Source: Ignavibacteriota bacterium (GTDB taxonomy: Bacteria; Bacteroidota; Ignavibacteria; UBA10030; UBA6906). Taken from it: a stretch of DNA of 64,000 nt. Of the stretch, positions 30,033 to 39,309 are shown piece after piece (position 1 is the stretch's first letter; the number at the start of each line of letters is the position of its first letter). The DNA lies in contig CAWDEM010000008.1 of NCBI GenBank assembly GCA_963801355.1, positions 2,752,001 through 2,816,000 of the forward strand. Reading direction: 5' to 3'. The notes beneath the pieces were generated by a model. That model searched no databases and was not told the DNA's origin. It saw only the letters and a program-made list of their open reading frames with translations. Both the position numbers and the translations under genes were made by a program.

Positions 30033-30797
30033 TTAGAGCGCCTGTATCAAGAGCACGAGATTGTCCTCGAATTGCAGCAACAGCTGCTTGAAGGCATACA
30101 CCAGAATGGGTGCAGCCGCCATCAGGACCAGGACACCCACACCGATCTTGATGGGAAAGCTGATAATGAACACGTTGACCTGAGGTGCGACCCGCGCCAG
30201 CACCGCGAGGGCGAGGTTCAGGAGAAACGAGGCCACCACCACGGGCGCCGCGCATTTCATGCCGACCACGAACACCAGCCCGCTCGCCCGCACGAACTGA
30301 TCGACCGACCCCGCCGTAATCGCCAGGCCGCCGAGCGGAACGGCGTCATAACTCAAGACCAGCGCCTGGAGGATGAACTGCGGGCCGTTCAGCAGCAAGA
30401 ACACCAGGAGCATGGTGAGATTGAGAAAGCTGCCGATGATATTGCTGGACCCGGTCTCCGGGTCAAATGCCGTTGCCAGGGAAAGCCCCAGGTCGAAGCC
30501 GATCAGCTCACCGGCCACTTGTGCCGCTGCAAAAATGAGACCGGAGGCGAAGCCTATCGCCAGTCCGGTGACGACCTCCTGCATCGCCAGCACAGCGAGG
30601 GGACCCAATGCCAGATCCACCTGGAGCCCGCGTGCATGCATCATCGGGTACAGGACGATTGCCATGAACACGCCGAGACCGACCTTCGTCTGGACCGGCA
30701 CCGCCACATGTCCCATCACCGGCGCCAGCACGATTGCGGAAGCGGTGCGCAGGAAGAGAAGCATGAACAGCACAAACTGGACGGCGTAGAGTTCCAT
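30033..30797 (-). CDS. fliR: Export protein FliR
   Basis: AGELIGFDLGL and RVAPQVNVFII.FP.K; start ATG 30797. Confidence 0.95.
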   Translation of the reverse strand: MELYAVQFVLFMLLFLRTASAIVLAPVMGHVAVPVQTKVGLGVFMAIVLYPMMHARGLQVDLALGPLAVLAMQEVVTGLAIGFASGLIFAAAQVAGELIGFDLGLSLATAFDPETGSSNIIGSFLNLTMLLVFLLLNGPQFILQALVLSYDAVPLGGLAITAGSVDQFVRASGLVFVVGMKCAAPVVVASFLLNLALAVLARVAPQVNVFIISFPIKIGVGVLVLMAAAPILVYAFKQLLLQFEDNLVLLIQAL

Positions 30798-30802
30798 GGC
30801 TG

Positions 30803-31072
30803 TCAGCGCCCGAGACCCGGTATGTGATTGAAGACATCCAGGGTGAACGTGATCATGACATCCATCATCCACGGCAGCGTGAGCACCGCCACGATCGCCA
30901 CGATGATGATTTTCGGTACAAAGGTCAGGGTGATTTCCTGAATCGAAGTTGCGGCCTGGAAGATGGCAATAATCAAACCGACGATCAGCGACAGCAGCAG
31001 CATCGGCGCCGACACGAGCAACGTCGTATAGAAAGCTTCTCTAAACAGATACACCACGAGTTGTTCTGTCAT
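30803..31072 (-). CDS. fliQ: Export protein FliQ
   Basis: FQAATSIQEITLTFVPK. Confidence 0.97.
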   Translation of the reverse strand: MTEQLVVYLFREAFYTTLLVSAPMLLLSLIVGLIIAIFQAATSIQEITLTFVPKIIIVAIVAVLTLPWMMDVMITFTLDVFNHIPGLGR

Positions 31073-31084
31073 TGGCCGCTCCGC

Positions 31085-31834
31085 TCAGTGGAAACTTTCA
31101 AGCAGTGATCGCACCACCAGATGCCAGCCGTCCACGAGAATGAACAAGAGGATTTTGAACGGCAGTGAAATGAGCACCGGGGGGAGCATCATCATGCCCA
31201 TGGAGAGCAGGATGCTGGAGATCACCATATCGATCACCAGGAACGGGATGAACAGCATGAAGCCGATCTGAAAGCCGATACGGAGTTCGCTCAGTGCGTA
31301 GGCGGGGATGAGCGCATGCAGCGGCACATCGTTGCGGCTTTGCGGTTTCTCCCCGTTTGCGAGTTTCACGAACAGAGAAAGATCCTCTTCGCGGGTCTGC
31401 CGCATCATAAACTCCCGCATGGGAACAACCCCTTTGTCGAAGGCTTCCTGCAGCGGCATCTTCTTGGCCAGATAGGGCTGCAGCGCCTCGTCATTCACGC
31501 GGGTCCACGTCGGCGCCATCACAAAGAACGTGAGAAACAGGGCGAGCCCGATGACAACCTGGGCGGGCGGAATTTGCTGGGTACCGAGCGCCTGCCGCAG
31601 GAAATGCAGCACGACAACGATCCGCGTAAAGGCCGTCGTCAGAATCAGTATTGCCGGCGCAAGCGAGAGAATGGTCATCAGGAAGAGTATCTGCAGGGTC
31701 ACCGACACGTCTTCCGGGCTGCTGGATTTGCCGACCTCGACCGAAAGCTTCGGCATCGGCAACACCTTGTCCTGTGCAACGGCGCTGAACGCCACCGCTC
31801 CCAGGAGAAGAACAAGGAGGAAGGTCCGCTTCAT
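31085..31834 (-). CDS. fliP: Export protein FliP
   Basis: FTRIVVVL..LRQALG and MGMMMLPP..ISLPFK. Confidence 0.97.
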   Translation of the reverse strand: MKRTFLLVLLLGAVAFSAVAQDKVLPMPKLSVEVGKSSSPEDVSVTLQILFLMTILSLAPAILILTTAFTRIVVVLHFLRQALGTQQIPPAQVVIGLALFLTFFVMAPTWTRVNDEALQPYLAKKMPLQEAFDKGVVPMREFMMRQTREEDLSLFVKLANGEKPQSRNDVPLHALIPAYALSELRIGFQIGFMLFIPFLVIDMVISSILLSMGMMMLPPVLISLPFKILLFILVDGWHLVVRSLLESFH

Positions 31835-32211
31835 GCGCCGGCCTCCGACTTCTGTCTGTGGCGCATCGTGCGGAGAGTCTCCTGCAAGTAGGTCGCAAAA
31901 GGAAGGGGGGGCGCCGGTGTCACCCCTGTCTGTGCCGCCACGGCGCCCTGAAGCTCTTCGTCCGACAGTTCGGCCAACGCGTGTATACCCTGCTCGCTCG
32001 TGCCCAGCACCAGGACGCGGCCGGCGACACGAACGACCAGAATCGCCTTCTTGGGCTGGAGCGAACGCCTCCCGAGCACCTCGACCTGCACCGGCAGGCG
32101 GGCAGACCCCGTCCCGGGCAGTACGAAGCGCTTCACGATATACAACAGCCCCACCATCAGCGCAAGGACTGCCGCTAGAGACAGCACCATTCTGAGAACA
32201 ATTCCTTCCAT
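31831..32211 (-). CDS. fliO: FliO/FliZ
   Basis: N-terminal TM followed by a beta domain; located between fliN and fliP. Confidence 0.88.
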   Translation of the reverse strand: MEGIVLRMVLSLAAVLALMVGLLYIVKRFVLPGTGSARLPVQVEVLGRRSLQPKKAILVVRVAGRVLVLGTSEQGIHALAELSDEELQGAVAAQTGVTPAPPLPFATYLQETLRTMRHRQKSEAGA

Positions 32212-32214
32212 CGG

Positions 32215-32610
32215 CTACTTTCCCAGCCCTTTGACGCGTTCCGCGGCGTTCACGAGATTGGTGATCCGGATCCCGAAGTGTTTTTCGATGACCACCACTT
32301 CCCCTTCCGCCATCTTCTTCCCGTTGATCAGGACATCGACGGGTTCATTCGCCAGTTTCTCGAATTCGACCACCGAGCCGCGCTGCAGGTCCAGAATGTC
32401 GCGGATCATCAGATTCGTCCGGCCCAGCTCGATCGATACCGGCAGGCTCAGATCGATCAGTAGGTCGAGCTTGCGTTCCATCTCCATCGCGGGTCCGGCA
32501 CTGGACTCGATCGGCTGAAACTGTGCACCGCGCACTTCCAGCGGTTCGTGGGCGCCGGGGCTTTCCTGCGTCCCGCCGGCAGTTGTGTTCATCGTCGTGG
32601 GTTCTTGCAT
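32215..32610 (-). CDS. fliN: C-ring protein FliN
   Basis: ELGRT, GEVVVI..FGIRIT SpoA domain. Confidence 0.96.
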   Translation of the reverse strand: MQEPTTMNTTAGGTQESPGAHEPLEVRGAQFQPIESSAGPAMEMERKLDLLIDLSLPVSIELGRTNLMIRDILDLQRGSVVEFEKLANEPVDVLINGKKMAEGEVVVIEKHFGIRITNLVNAAERVKGLGK

Positions 32611-32614
32611 CTCC

Positions 32615-33613
32615 CTAGTCTCCTGTTGAATGATCCCGTTGAGTGCGTGTGACCTTTAGCGCCATATGCCCCTTCGAAACGCCGGGACGTCCCCACACGC
32701 GCGTTTTCGCACCGATCTGCATCTGGATCTCATTGCTGATTGGAATGTTGGTACGTACAATGTCCCCCACTTCCAGCTCCAGCAATTCACGCAACGTCAT
32801 GGACGTTTCCCCCAGCAGTCCGGTGACCGGCACTTTCGTCGTGCCCAGCTGCCTGACGATCGGCGCCGACCACTCCGAGTCGCCTTTTACCGGGGACAGG
32901 CCGCTGAAATGCTGCACATTCAACTTGGCGAGTACGTCTTCCAGCGCAAACGTGGGGAAGCAGATGTTCATCGGATATTTCTGTGCCCCGATCACCACTT
33001 CAAACGACACCACCAGAACGATTTCGCTGGCAGGCGCGATCTGCACAAACTCGCCTTCGCTCTCCAGACGCTCCAGCTTGAACGAGAGCTCCGCCACCGT
33101 CTTCCACGCACGCTGGATATCTGCGAGGGCCCGCTGCACGATCCCCTTCACGATGCTCTGTTCGATCTTGGTGATCAGCCGTGCGCTCTTTGACCCCACC
33201 GCGACACCCCCCATCAGGTGTTCCACCATGGTGAGCACAAGCTGCGGACTCAGCTCGAGCACCGCGAGGGCATCCGACTCGAGGATACGGAAGACGTACA
33301 GGCAACTGGGACTCGTAATCGAGAGCGCAAACTCGGAATAGAACAGCTGATCAACGGAGAGCACATTGATCGACACTGCGGTCTGCAGGCGGGACACGAG
33401 GTACGATGCCATTGTCTCGGCGAAGTTTTCGTGTACAGCCTGAAACGTGCGCAGCTGGTTCTTGGACAGACGGTGGGGCAGACGGAAGTCAAACGCAATG
33501 GCTTCCCGTTCTGCTTTCTTCTGCTCGCCGGACGCTTCCAAGGTCTCCTTCCTGCCGGCGGACATGTCCGACAGGAGGCTCTCGATTTCTTGTGGTGTAA
33601 GAATTTCAGGCAC
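32615..33613 (-). CDS. fliM: C-ring protein FliM
   Basis: EILTPQEIESLL, FDFRLP.RLSK.QLR and C-terminal SpoA; GTG start. Confidence 0.95.
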   Translation of the reverse strand: MPEILTPQEIESLLSDMSAGRKETLEASGEQKKAEREAIAFDFRLPHRLSKNQLRTFQAVHENFAETMASYLVSRLQTAVSINVLSVDQLFYSEFALSITSPSCLYVFRILESDALAVLELSPQLVLTMVEHLMGGVAVGSKSARLITKIEQSIVKGIVQRALADIQRAWKTVAELSFKLERLESEGEFVQIAPASEIVLVVSFEVVIGAQKYPMNICFPTFALEDVLAKLNVQHFSGLSPVKGDSEWSAPIVRQLGTTKVPVTGLLGETSMTLRELLELEVGDIVRTNIPISNEIQMQIGAKTRVWGRPGVSKGHMALKVTRTQRDHSTGD

Positions 33614-33623
33614 GCGTCACCCG

Positions 33624-34190
33624 TTACTGGATAATGAACTTGCTGAAATACACGTTCGTCAGTACACCACCGCGAAGAATGCTCCCCACCTTCTCCTCGA
33701 TCTCCCTGCGGATTGCCTCGCGCCCATCAACATTCACAATCGTCAGAAGGTCCTTGGAGGTGAGAATGGTGTTGAGTGCATCCCGTACCATGACGTCTTT
33801 GTTTTCAAGTTCTCTGAGCGCCTCAGGCGTGGTCACCTCAAGTCCGATCGTGGTCAGGAGAAATCGCGTTCCGTTGGTGCCGGCGGGATTGACGATAAGG
33901 TCCTTCACTACGTAGATTTTGCCTTCGGGTCGATCTCCGTTTTCCATCCGTGACCCCGCACCCTCTTTCCCTGCCTCCGCCTGTCCCTCGCTCCGTTGCG
34001 CGACGGCGCCTTCAACGCCCTGCGGTGCCGGAGCCAGGAATTTTGTGATCAGGAAGTAGACGATAAGGAGTTGAACGAGGAAGACCGGGACACCGAACAG
34101 GATAAGCTTCCTGATGGGAAGCTTCTGGGCGGGCGCCGCCTCGGGGGTGGCCGGAACGCTTTGCTCCGGCGCTGCTATTGTTTTGGCCAT
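33624..34190 (-). CDS. fliL: FliL
   Basis: Single TM, IVNPAG..G.RFL and VYFSKFIIQ; ATG 34190 chosen because the longer ORF overlaps the promoter. Confidence 0.92.
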   Translation of the reverse strand: MAKTIAAPEQSVPATPEAAPAQKLPIRKLILFGVPVFLVQLLIVYFLITKFLAPAPQGVEGAVAQRSEGQAEAGKEGAGSRMENGDRPEGKIYVVKDLIVNPAGTNGTRFLLTTIGLEVTTPEALRELENKDVMVRDALNTILTSKDLLTIVNVDGREAIRREIEEKVGSILRGGVLTNVYFSKFIIQ

Positions 34191-34227
34191 CGCGTCGACA
34201 GGGATTGTGGCACACTGGGGTCTCTTC

Positions 34228-34243
34228 GTCAAAACCTGTGCCA
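34228..34243 (-). promoter_or_regulatory. Sigma-54-type promoter upstream of fliL (non-canonical -12)
   Basis: TGGCACAGGTTTTGAC (GG-N10-GA). Confidence 0.65.
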
Positions 34244-34315
34244 CGAAACGACCTGGAAAACCAAGGCAATCAGGGGCGAATGTGCCCTATTTGGCGGGAA
34301 TGGGGGGGAGAACTG

Positions 34316-34354
34316 CTGGCTAATATGAACCAGGTGGTGGCTACTGTGGACCTC
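34316..34354. promoter_or_regulatory. Putative enhancer (UAS) pair
   Basis: CTGGCTAATATGAACCAG at 34316-34333 and GTGGCTACTGTGGACCTC 21 bp further on. Confidence 0.6.
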
Positions 34355-34365
34355 TTCCTGCGAAT

Positions 34366-34575
34366 TCAGGCCAAATTTCGAGAAACCGGCGCGCAACGAC
34401 GACGATATGCAATAACCTTTTCGATCACCTCGTCGACTGTCTCTTTGACCATCAGCTTCTTGCCCGTCGTTGTCGAGATCAGTGTGTCCGGAGTGCGCTC
34501 GACGAATTCGATCAGGTCCGCGTTCACGACGATCTTCTCGTCCTGCTGCTTCGCCAGCTTGGTCAATTCAATCAT
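34366..34575 (-). CDS. flbD: FlbD/SwrD family protein
   Basis: MIELTKL..VNADLIEFVE.TPDTLI..TTGKK. Confidence 0.92.
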   Translation of the reverse strand: MIELTKLAKQQDEKIVVNADLIEFVERTPDTLISTTTGKKLMVKETVDEVIEKVIAYRRRCAPVSRNLA

Positions 34576-34588
34576 GGAAGCTCCGCCC

Positions 34589-34635
34589 TGGAGCCGCCGG
34601 GCACCCCCCCGAGGGGAGCGCCCGACACGCCTCCA
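34589..34635 (-). other. Strong GC hairpin between flgE and flbD
   Basis: mRNA GTCGGGCGCTCCCC-TCG-GGGGGGTGCCCGGC with outer TGGAG/CTCCA pairing. Confidence 0.6.
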
Positions 34636-34662
34636 TCCAAGTGTATGTATGTTGACTCCGGA

Positions 34663-35937
34663 CTACCGCTTCAGGTTCACGAGCTCCTGGAGAAATTCGT
34701 CGCTCGTTGTGATCACCCGCGCGCTGGCCTGGAAGCCGCGCTGGGCGGTAATCATCTTTGTAAACTCGTCGGCAAGGTCAACGTTGGACTGCTCCAGCGC
34801 CCCGGCGTAGATTTCGGACGTCTCTCCCGCGCTGATGATGGAAGGATTTCCGGAATTCCCGGTGATGCTGAACAAGTTGCTGCCAGCCTTCATCAAACCG
34901 CCCGGATTGCCGAAATCAGCGAGCATGATCTGTCCCAGGGTCTGCAGGGTATCGTTTGTGAATGACCCGGAGATCTGTCCGTACTGATCGATGCTGATGT
35001 TCTTGAGGGTTCCTGATGTGTAGCCGTCCTGGCTCTTCAGTGACACTGCGGATGAAGTTCCCGTCTGTGTCAAGCCGGAGAATTCACCGACCGTTCCGAA
35101 GTCGAGAGCGATGCTCATCGGAGCGGCTCCTGCGGGCGGCGCGAACGTGATCGGACTTCCTGTTGTGCCCGCCAGGCGGCCGTTCGTGTCAAAGCTTACG
35201 GTGCCCTGCCCGACCGGGATTCCCGGCGCCGTGGACGAAGCGCCCGGGATGCTGGCGGCCCAATTCCAGGTGTTCTCACCGCTCTTGGTGAATTCAAGCG
35301 TCAGCGTCATCTGGTTACCCAGGGAGTCGAAGGCGGAGACATTGGTCTTGTAGATTCCACCCGTCGGCGGCGGTCCGGCATTGTAGACCGCCGACGAGGA
35401 ATCCAGGTTCCCCGAATATGAGATCTTCGAAGTCGCCCTGGCCGGAGACTTGATCGCGCTGTCGATGATGATGTCCTGCAGTGCCGTCCCCTGCGAGATG
35501 ACACCCTGGGCATCTGCCATTTTCCCCTGCAACACCGCGCCGGATCCGTTGACCAGGCGGCCGTTGGCATCCGGCAGGAAATCGCCGGCCCTGGTGTACA
35601 TCGTCTGGCCGCTTTGCTTGACAATAAAGAACGACGACCCCACCAGTGCGAGATCGTAGGGATTCCCCGTGTTCTCGACGCTCCCCTGGGTGAACTGCGT
35701 ATCCAGGGTGTTCACCGCCATGCCCAGGCCCACCTGCATCGGGTTGGTGCCGCCCAGGGTATCGGTCGGCCGGCTTGCACCGCGCAGCGTCTGCGCGTAC
35801 ATCTCACTGAACGTCGCCCGCCCGCTCTTGAACCCCACCGTATTGACGTTGGCAATATTATTGCCGATGACGTCCATCATAATCTGATGGTTCCGCAACG
35901 CGGACACGCCCGAGAACAACGAACGCAAAAAAGCCAT
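34663..35937 (-). CDS. flgE: Hook protein
   Basis: GNNIANVNTVGFK and LEQSNVDLADEFTKMITAQRGFQA; ATG 35937 with GGAGG RBS. Confidence 0.97.
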   Translation of the reverse strand: MAFLRSLFSGVSALRNHQIMMDVIGNNIANVNTVGFKSGRATFSEMYAQTLRGASRPTDTLGGTNPMQVGLGMAVNTLDTQFTQGSVENTGNPYDLALVGSSFFIVKQSGQTMYTRAGDFLPDANGRLVNGSGAVLQGKMADAQGVISQGTALQDIIIDSAIKSPARATSKISYSGNLDSSSAVYNAGPPPTGGIYKTNVSAFDSLGNQMTLTLEFTKSGENTWNWAASIPGASSTAPGIPVGQGTVSFDTNGRLAGTTGSPITFAPPAGAAPMSIALDFGTVGEFSGLTQTGTSSAVSLKSQDGYTSGTLKNISIDQYGQISGSFTNDTLQTLGQIMLADFGNPGGLMKAGSNLFSITGNSGNPSIISAGETSEIYAGALEQSNVDLADEFTKMITAQRGFQASARVITTSDEFLQELVNLKR

Positions 35938-35975
35938 TGTAGTACCCTCCACTCACTGTTTGTTGGTAAATGTTT

Positions 35976-36036
35976 CGTCAGACTTCAGTCGGTCAGTCCG
36001 ACGGGAGGGGCCTCCTCTTTCGAGAGGGCCGGCCCC
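35976..36036 (-). ncRNA. Candidate two-hairpin cis-regulatory RNA in the flgE leader
   Basis: GGGGCC-GGC-CCTCT-CGAA-AGAGG-A-GGCCCC followed by CGTCGGACT-GACCGACTGA-AGTCTGACG. Confidence 0.55.
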
Positions 36037-36043
36037 GGTTCTG

Positions 36044-36436
36044 CTACGCTTGTGCGATTACTGCGCTGTCAATGTTGGTGAACACGTTCTCTTTGATGTG
36101 CACACCGTCCACCGCTGTTACCACGGTTCTGTTCGTGACGCTGACGATGAATGCCAGGTCCCTGAGCAGAACGAGCGAATCCTTCGCTCCCTTCTCTTCC
36201 GCCTGCGTCACCGCGCGCTGAAGACTCGCCATATCCGCTTCGTTCAGCCGGATTTGACGCGAATCCAACCGCTCCTGTGCATGCCTCGAGAATTTGAGAC
36301 CGCGGAGTTCTTCCTGAAGGACGTTCTCGAAAGCCTTCTCCGGCACCTTGCCGGCAGGAGGCCGCTCTTTGAAGCCTTCGACACCGCGGGCAGGAACGAA
36401 TGGCACCCGCACGCCATTGATGTATGTGTCAGCCAT
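36044..36436 (-). CDS. Flagellar operon protein (TIGR02530-like)
   Basis: LKFSRHAQERL..R.I, KGAKDSLVL and NVFTNIDSAVI; located between flgD and flgE. Confidence 0.9.
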   Translation of the reverse strand: MADTYINGVRVPFVPARGVEGFKERPPAGKVPEKAFENVLQEELRGLKFSRHAQERLDSRQIRLNEADMASLQRAVTQAEEKGAKDSLVLLRDLAFIVSVTNRTVVTAVDGVHIKENVFTNIDSAVIAQA

Positions 36437-37118
36437 TGCCCTTTCCATTCAAGATTTCGATGATTTGTGATAGGGGGACCTCCATGCCGTCGACAACGAA
36501 CACGGTTCCGTCGGATGTGAACCGAACGCCGCTGACCATACCGTACAGGTATGTGGTTGCGGTGACCTTCGTACCGGCCGCATCAACAGCCTCCACGCTG
36601 AATGTATAGGTCCCCGATGCCACATGGTTTCCCGCTTCATCCAGCCCATCCCATGTGACAGTGCCGTCCCCTTTCGTCGCACCGTCAACGGCCAGCGTCC
36701 GGACAAGGAGGCCGTTCGCATCGCGAATGCTGACCTTGACCGAAGCGGCATCGGCTGACAGCGAATAACCAAGATGCATGTCGCCGCTTGCCGATACGGA
36801 GAATGCGTTGCCTGAGGCCTTCACGTTCTTCCCGATCATCGTCGCTGCAAGTGCATTGCCGATAGACTGGGCCATCAGTTGATTGGTGGTAATGCTTTCC
36901 GAAAGGCTGCTGTTAATGTTGGTCAGCTGTTCCACCGAGCTGAACTGTGCCAGCTGCGTCGCAAACTCCGTCCCCTTCATCGGGTCCAGCGGATCCTGAT
37001 TACGCAACTGCACGATCAACAACTTCAAGAAATCGTCCTTCCCCATCACGCTCTTTCCCGTGGTGGCAGCCGTTGAAGTTGTTGATGCCAAAGGAAGCGT
37101 TGTGTACGTTGTGCTCAT
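36429..37118 (-). CDS. flgD: Hook cap protein
   Basis: GKDDFLKLLIVQLRNQDPLDP and Ig-like WDG.D..G motif. Confidence 0.96.
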   Translation of the reverse strand: MSTTYTTLPLASTTSTAATTGKSVMGKDDFLKLLIVQLRNQDPLDPMKGTEFATQLAQFSSVEQLTNINSSLSESITTNQLMAQSIGNALAATMIGKNVKASGNAFSVSASGDMHLGYSLSADAASVKVSIRDANGLLVRTLAVDGATKGDGTVTWDGLDEAGNHVASGTYTFSVEAVDAAGTKVTATTYLYGMVSGVRFTSDGTVFVVDGMEVPLSQIIEILNGKGNG

Positions 37119-37128
37119 TGATGCCTCC

Positions 37129-38325
37129 TCACATGACCACTTCCATGGTGTTGTAGCCCATCAACCGGCCCGTTGCGTACCGGTCGACCGCCTCGACGGC
37201 AAGGTCTTCCGGCGTGCCATCCTGACGGCGGTAGTGCTCACTCCGGTCACTGCCGGCATCACGTGCCGTGGAATGTCCGCCGAAAGAGATGTCCAGCTGC
37301 TGAACGTCTATACCATGGCTGTTGAGATCCAACCGCAATTGACCGAGATTGCTGTCCAGTGCTGTCTTCACCGCAGCGTTGGACACATCGATCTGCGCCT
37401 GCAGCTGGCCCTTTTCCATCCGCACATTGAGCGTCACTTCACCGAGCGATGCGGGCTCCAGCCTGATGCGCATTTCCGCGGTTTCTCCGCGCACCTGCAG
37501 GACGGCTTCTTTCACCACCTGGTCGATCACATTGCGCGCTGTTTCGGCCGAGAGTGTGGTCAGGAAATCCGGCACGTGCGGTGACACCGGCTCCCCCTGG
37601 ATGAGGGACGGTTTTACGGGAGTGAACTGCATCTGCGCGTGGTGGAATGGATTCTTTCCCGTATCGCCTAGATGCGATTCCGGTTCCGCCGCCGGTCGTG
37701 CCGGGATGATCGTGCCTGCCGGTACTGCTTTTACGACCCCGGGACCCGGCGCATCCGCATCAACAACCTCCGCCTGCGCCTGCACGGGAGTCACGACGGC
37801 AGCGGACTGCGGCTTCTTGCTTGCCTCAGACGGACGCGTGACATCCGTGTTATTCTGCACGACGGGTACTACGAGATCCTCCTTGACCTTCGTGCTGTTC
37901 GCCGGTGGCGGTGGATCGGGCAGGACGGCTTTCTCCTTCCCCGGGGGGGAGGAATCCGTGGGCGTCAACGGGGGAAAGACGGGAATCTCCGGCTGCTCCG
38001 GTGCAATGGAGCCTGCAATAGATGGGAGGATCGAGCCATCCCGGGCGTTCGGGACCGGCGCGAGGTTGCCACTCGCGGCATTGCCGTCTGTGATCTCGCC
38101 ACCCGTAGTGTTGCCCCCTCCTCCCGAATCCTGGACGGTGAGCAGAGGAGGCGTCGGCATTGCCGATGCCATCTGCAATGAACCCCCGACCATCATGAGT
38201 TGCAGAATACCGAGGAACCCATCCGTCTCCGCCGAAGTCTCCGCGGGTCCGGGAGGCCGGCCTGCCAATCCCTTCACCTCCGGCGTTTCGCCGCCCGGTG
38301 CAAGGAGTGTGGCCAAACCAATCAT
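37129..38325 (-). CDS. fliK: Hook-length control protein
   Basis: Pro-rich disordered N-terminus; IRLEPASLGEV C-domain. Confidence 0.9.
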   Translation of the reverse strand: MIGLATLLAPGGETPEVKGLAGRPPGPAETSAETDGFLGILQLMMVGGSLQMASAMPTPPLLTVQDSGGGGNTTGGEITDGNAASGNLAPVPNARDGSILPSIAGSIAPEQPEIPVFPPLTPTDSSPPGKEKAVLPDPPPPANSTKVKEDLVVPVVQNNTDVTRPSEASKKPQSAAVVTPVQAQAEVVDADAPGPGVVKAVPAGTIIPARPAAEPESHLGDTGKNPFHHAQMQFTPVKPSLIQGEPVSPHVPDFLTTLSAETARNVIDQVVKEAVLQVRGETAEMRIRLEPASLGEVTLNVRMEKGQLQAQIDVSNAAVKTALDSNLGQLRLDLNSHGIDVQQLDISFGGHSTARDAGSDRSEHYRRQDGTPEDLAVEAVDRYATGRLMGYNTMEVVM

Positions 38326-38329
38326 GGTG

Positions 38330-38863
38330 TTACCTCATAATGCGCGCGGCGCGATCCGGTTGGAGCGCTGCCAGGATCTTTGCCGCCTGGCGCTTTTTCA
38401 TAGTGAGTAGACAGGTTTTGACATCACCGTCCGGGAAATCGTTCAGGATCCGGGCAGCGCTCGTCGGATCCATATTTTCCAGGACCTTTGCCATGGACTT
38501 GCGTTGTTCTCGTTGCGTGCTGTCCGCTGCAGCACTCGCCTTCTGGCTACTGTCCATGACCGCACGGAGCTGTTCCGCGAGCAGAGCGGATTTCCTGCGC
38601 TCGTCCTGGAGCGCCAGCTGTACCACTGATGTGGAGTCTCCCTCCGCAGGGGGAGTGAACGCGGCACCAACGGAATCCGCCGCTATGAGTTCCTGGAGTG
38701 TCGGACCATACATGACACCTGCGGACGCCTTCACCGCCGGAACACCGGCAGGCACAACCGTATCGGAGGCCGCCGGGCGCAACACCACAAAGACCACTGC
38801 CATGATCGCCGTGGAAATCGTCGTGGCGCCGAGAACCATGATGTAGGGAAGCAGTCTTTTCAT
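38330..38863 (-). CDS. MotE/FlbB/YlxF-like protein (TM + MgtE_N-like repeats)
   Basis: MAKVLENMDPTSAARIL..MKKRQAAKILAAL.PDRAA; located between fliJ and fliK. Confidence 0.8.
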   Translation of the reverse strand: MKRLLPYIMVLGATTISTAIMAVVFVVLRPAASDTVVPAGVPAVKASAGVMYGPTLQELIAADSVGAAFTPPAEGDSTSVVQLALQDERRKSALLAEQLRAVMDSSQKASAAADSTQREQRKSMAKVLENMDPTSAARILNDFPDGDVKTCLLTMKKRQAAKILAALQPDRAARIMR

Positions 38864-38867
38864 ATGC

Positions 38868-39302
38868 CTACACCTCCGACTTGATGCGTTGCGCGAGGAT
38901 GTCCATCACCCGTTGGGCCTTTCGTTCCTGTTCCTTCTCGTGCTCCTCTTTGCGACGCTGGTCGATGATTTCGATCATATGCTTCGACTGTGACTTCTCC
39001 AGCAGCTCCCCGCGTTTCCCCTCTTCCTGGGAGATGATCGCCTGGACCTTTTCCTCCTGCCGCCGAATCTGGCGTGACAGGCTCTGGATGAAGGCATGAC
39101 TGGTTTGAAGGTTCACGGCCTTGGTCTTCAGTCTCCTCACAGCGTCCGACATTGCCGTACTCTGCCGTTCCTCGAGCGATGTCAGCGTACCCTCTTCCTG
39201 CGCACGGTTCACCGTGATCACAGCGAGTTCACGCTGGGCACGCTTCACCTGGAAGTCTTTGACGCGGATGACGGTCTGAAAATGTGATTCGGACACTCGC
39301 AT
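38868..39302 (-). CDS. fliJ: Export chaperone FliJ
   Basis: Coiled-coil 144-aa protein directly after fliI. Confidence 0.8.
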   Translation of the reverse strand: MRVSESHFQTVIRVKDFQVKRAQRELAVITVNRAQEEGTLTSLEERQSTAMSDAVRRLKTKAVNLQTSHAFIQSLSRQIRRQEEKVQAIISQEEGKRGELLEKSQSKHMIEIIDQRRKEEHEKEQERKAQRVMDILAQRIKSEV

Positions 39303-39309
39303 ACAGTTC

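Noticed and set aside
35972-35995. Hammerhead ribozyme (CTGACGA / GAAAC on the minus strand)
   Set aside because: The two core motifs overlap with no stem II between them, so the hammerhead fold cannot form.
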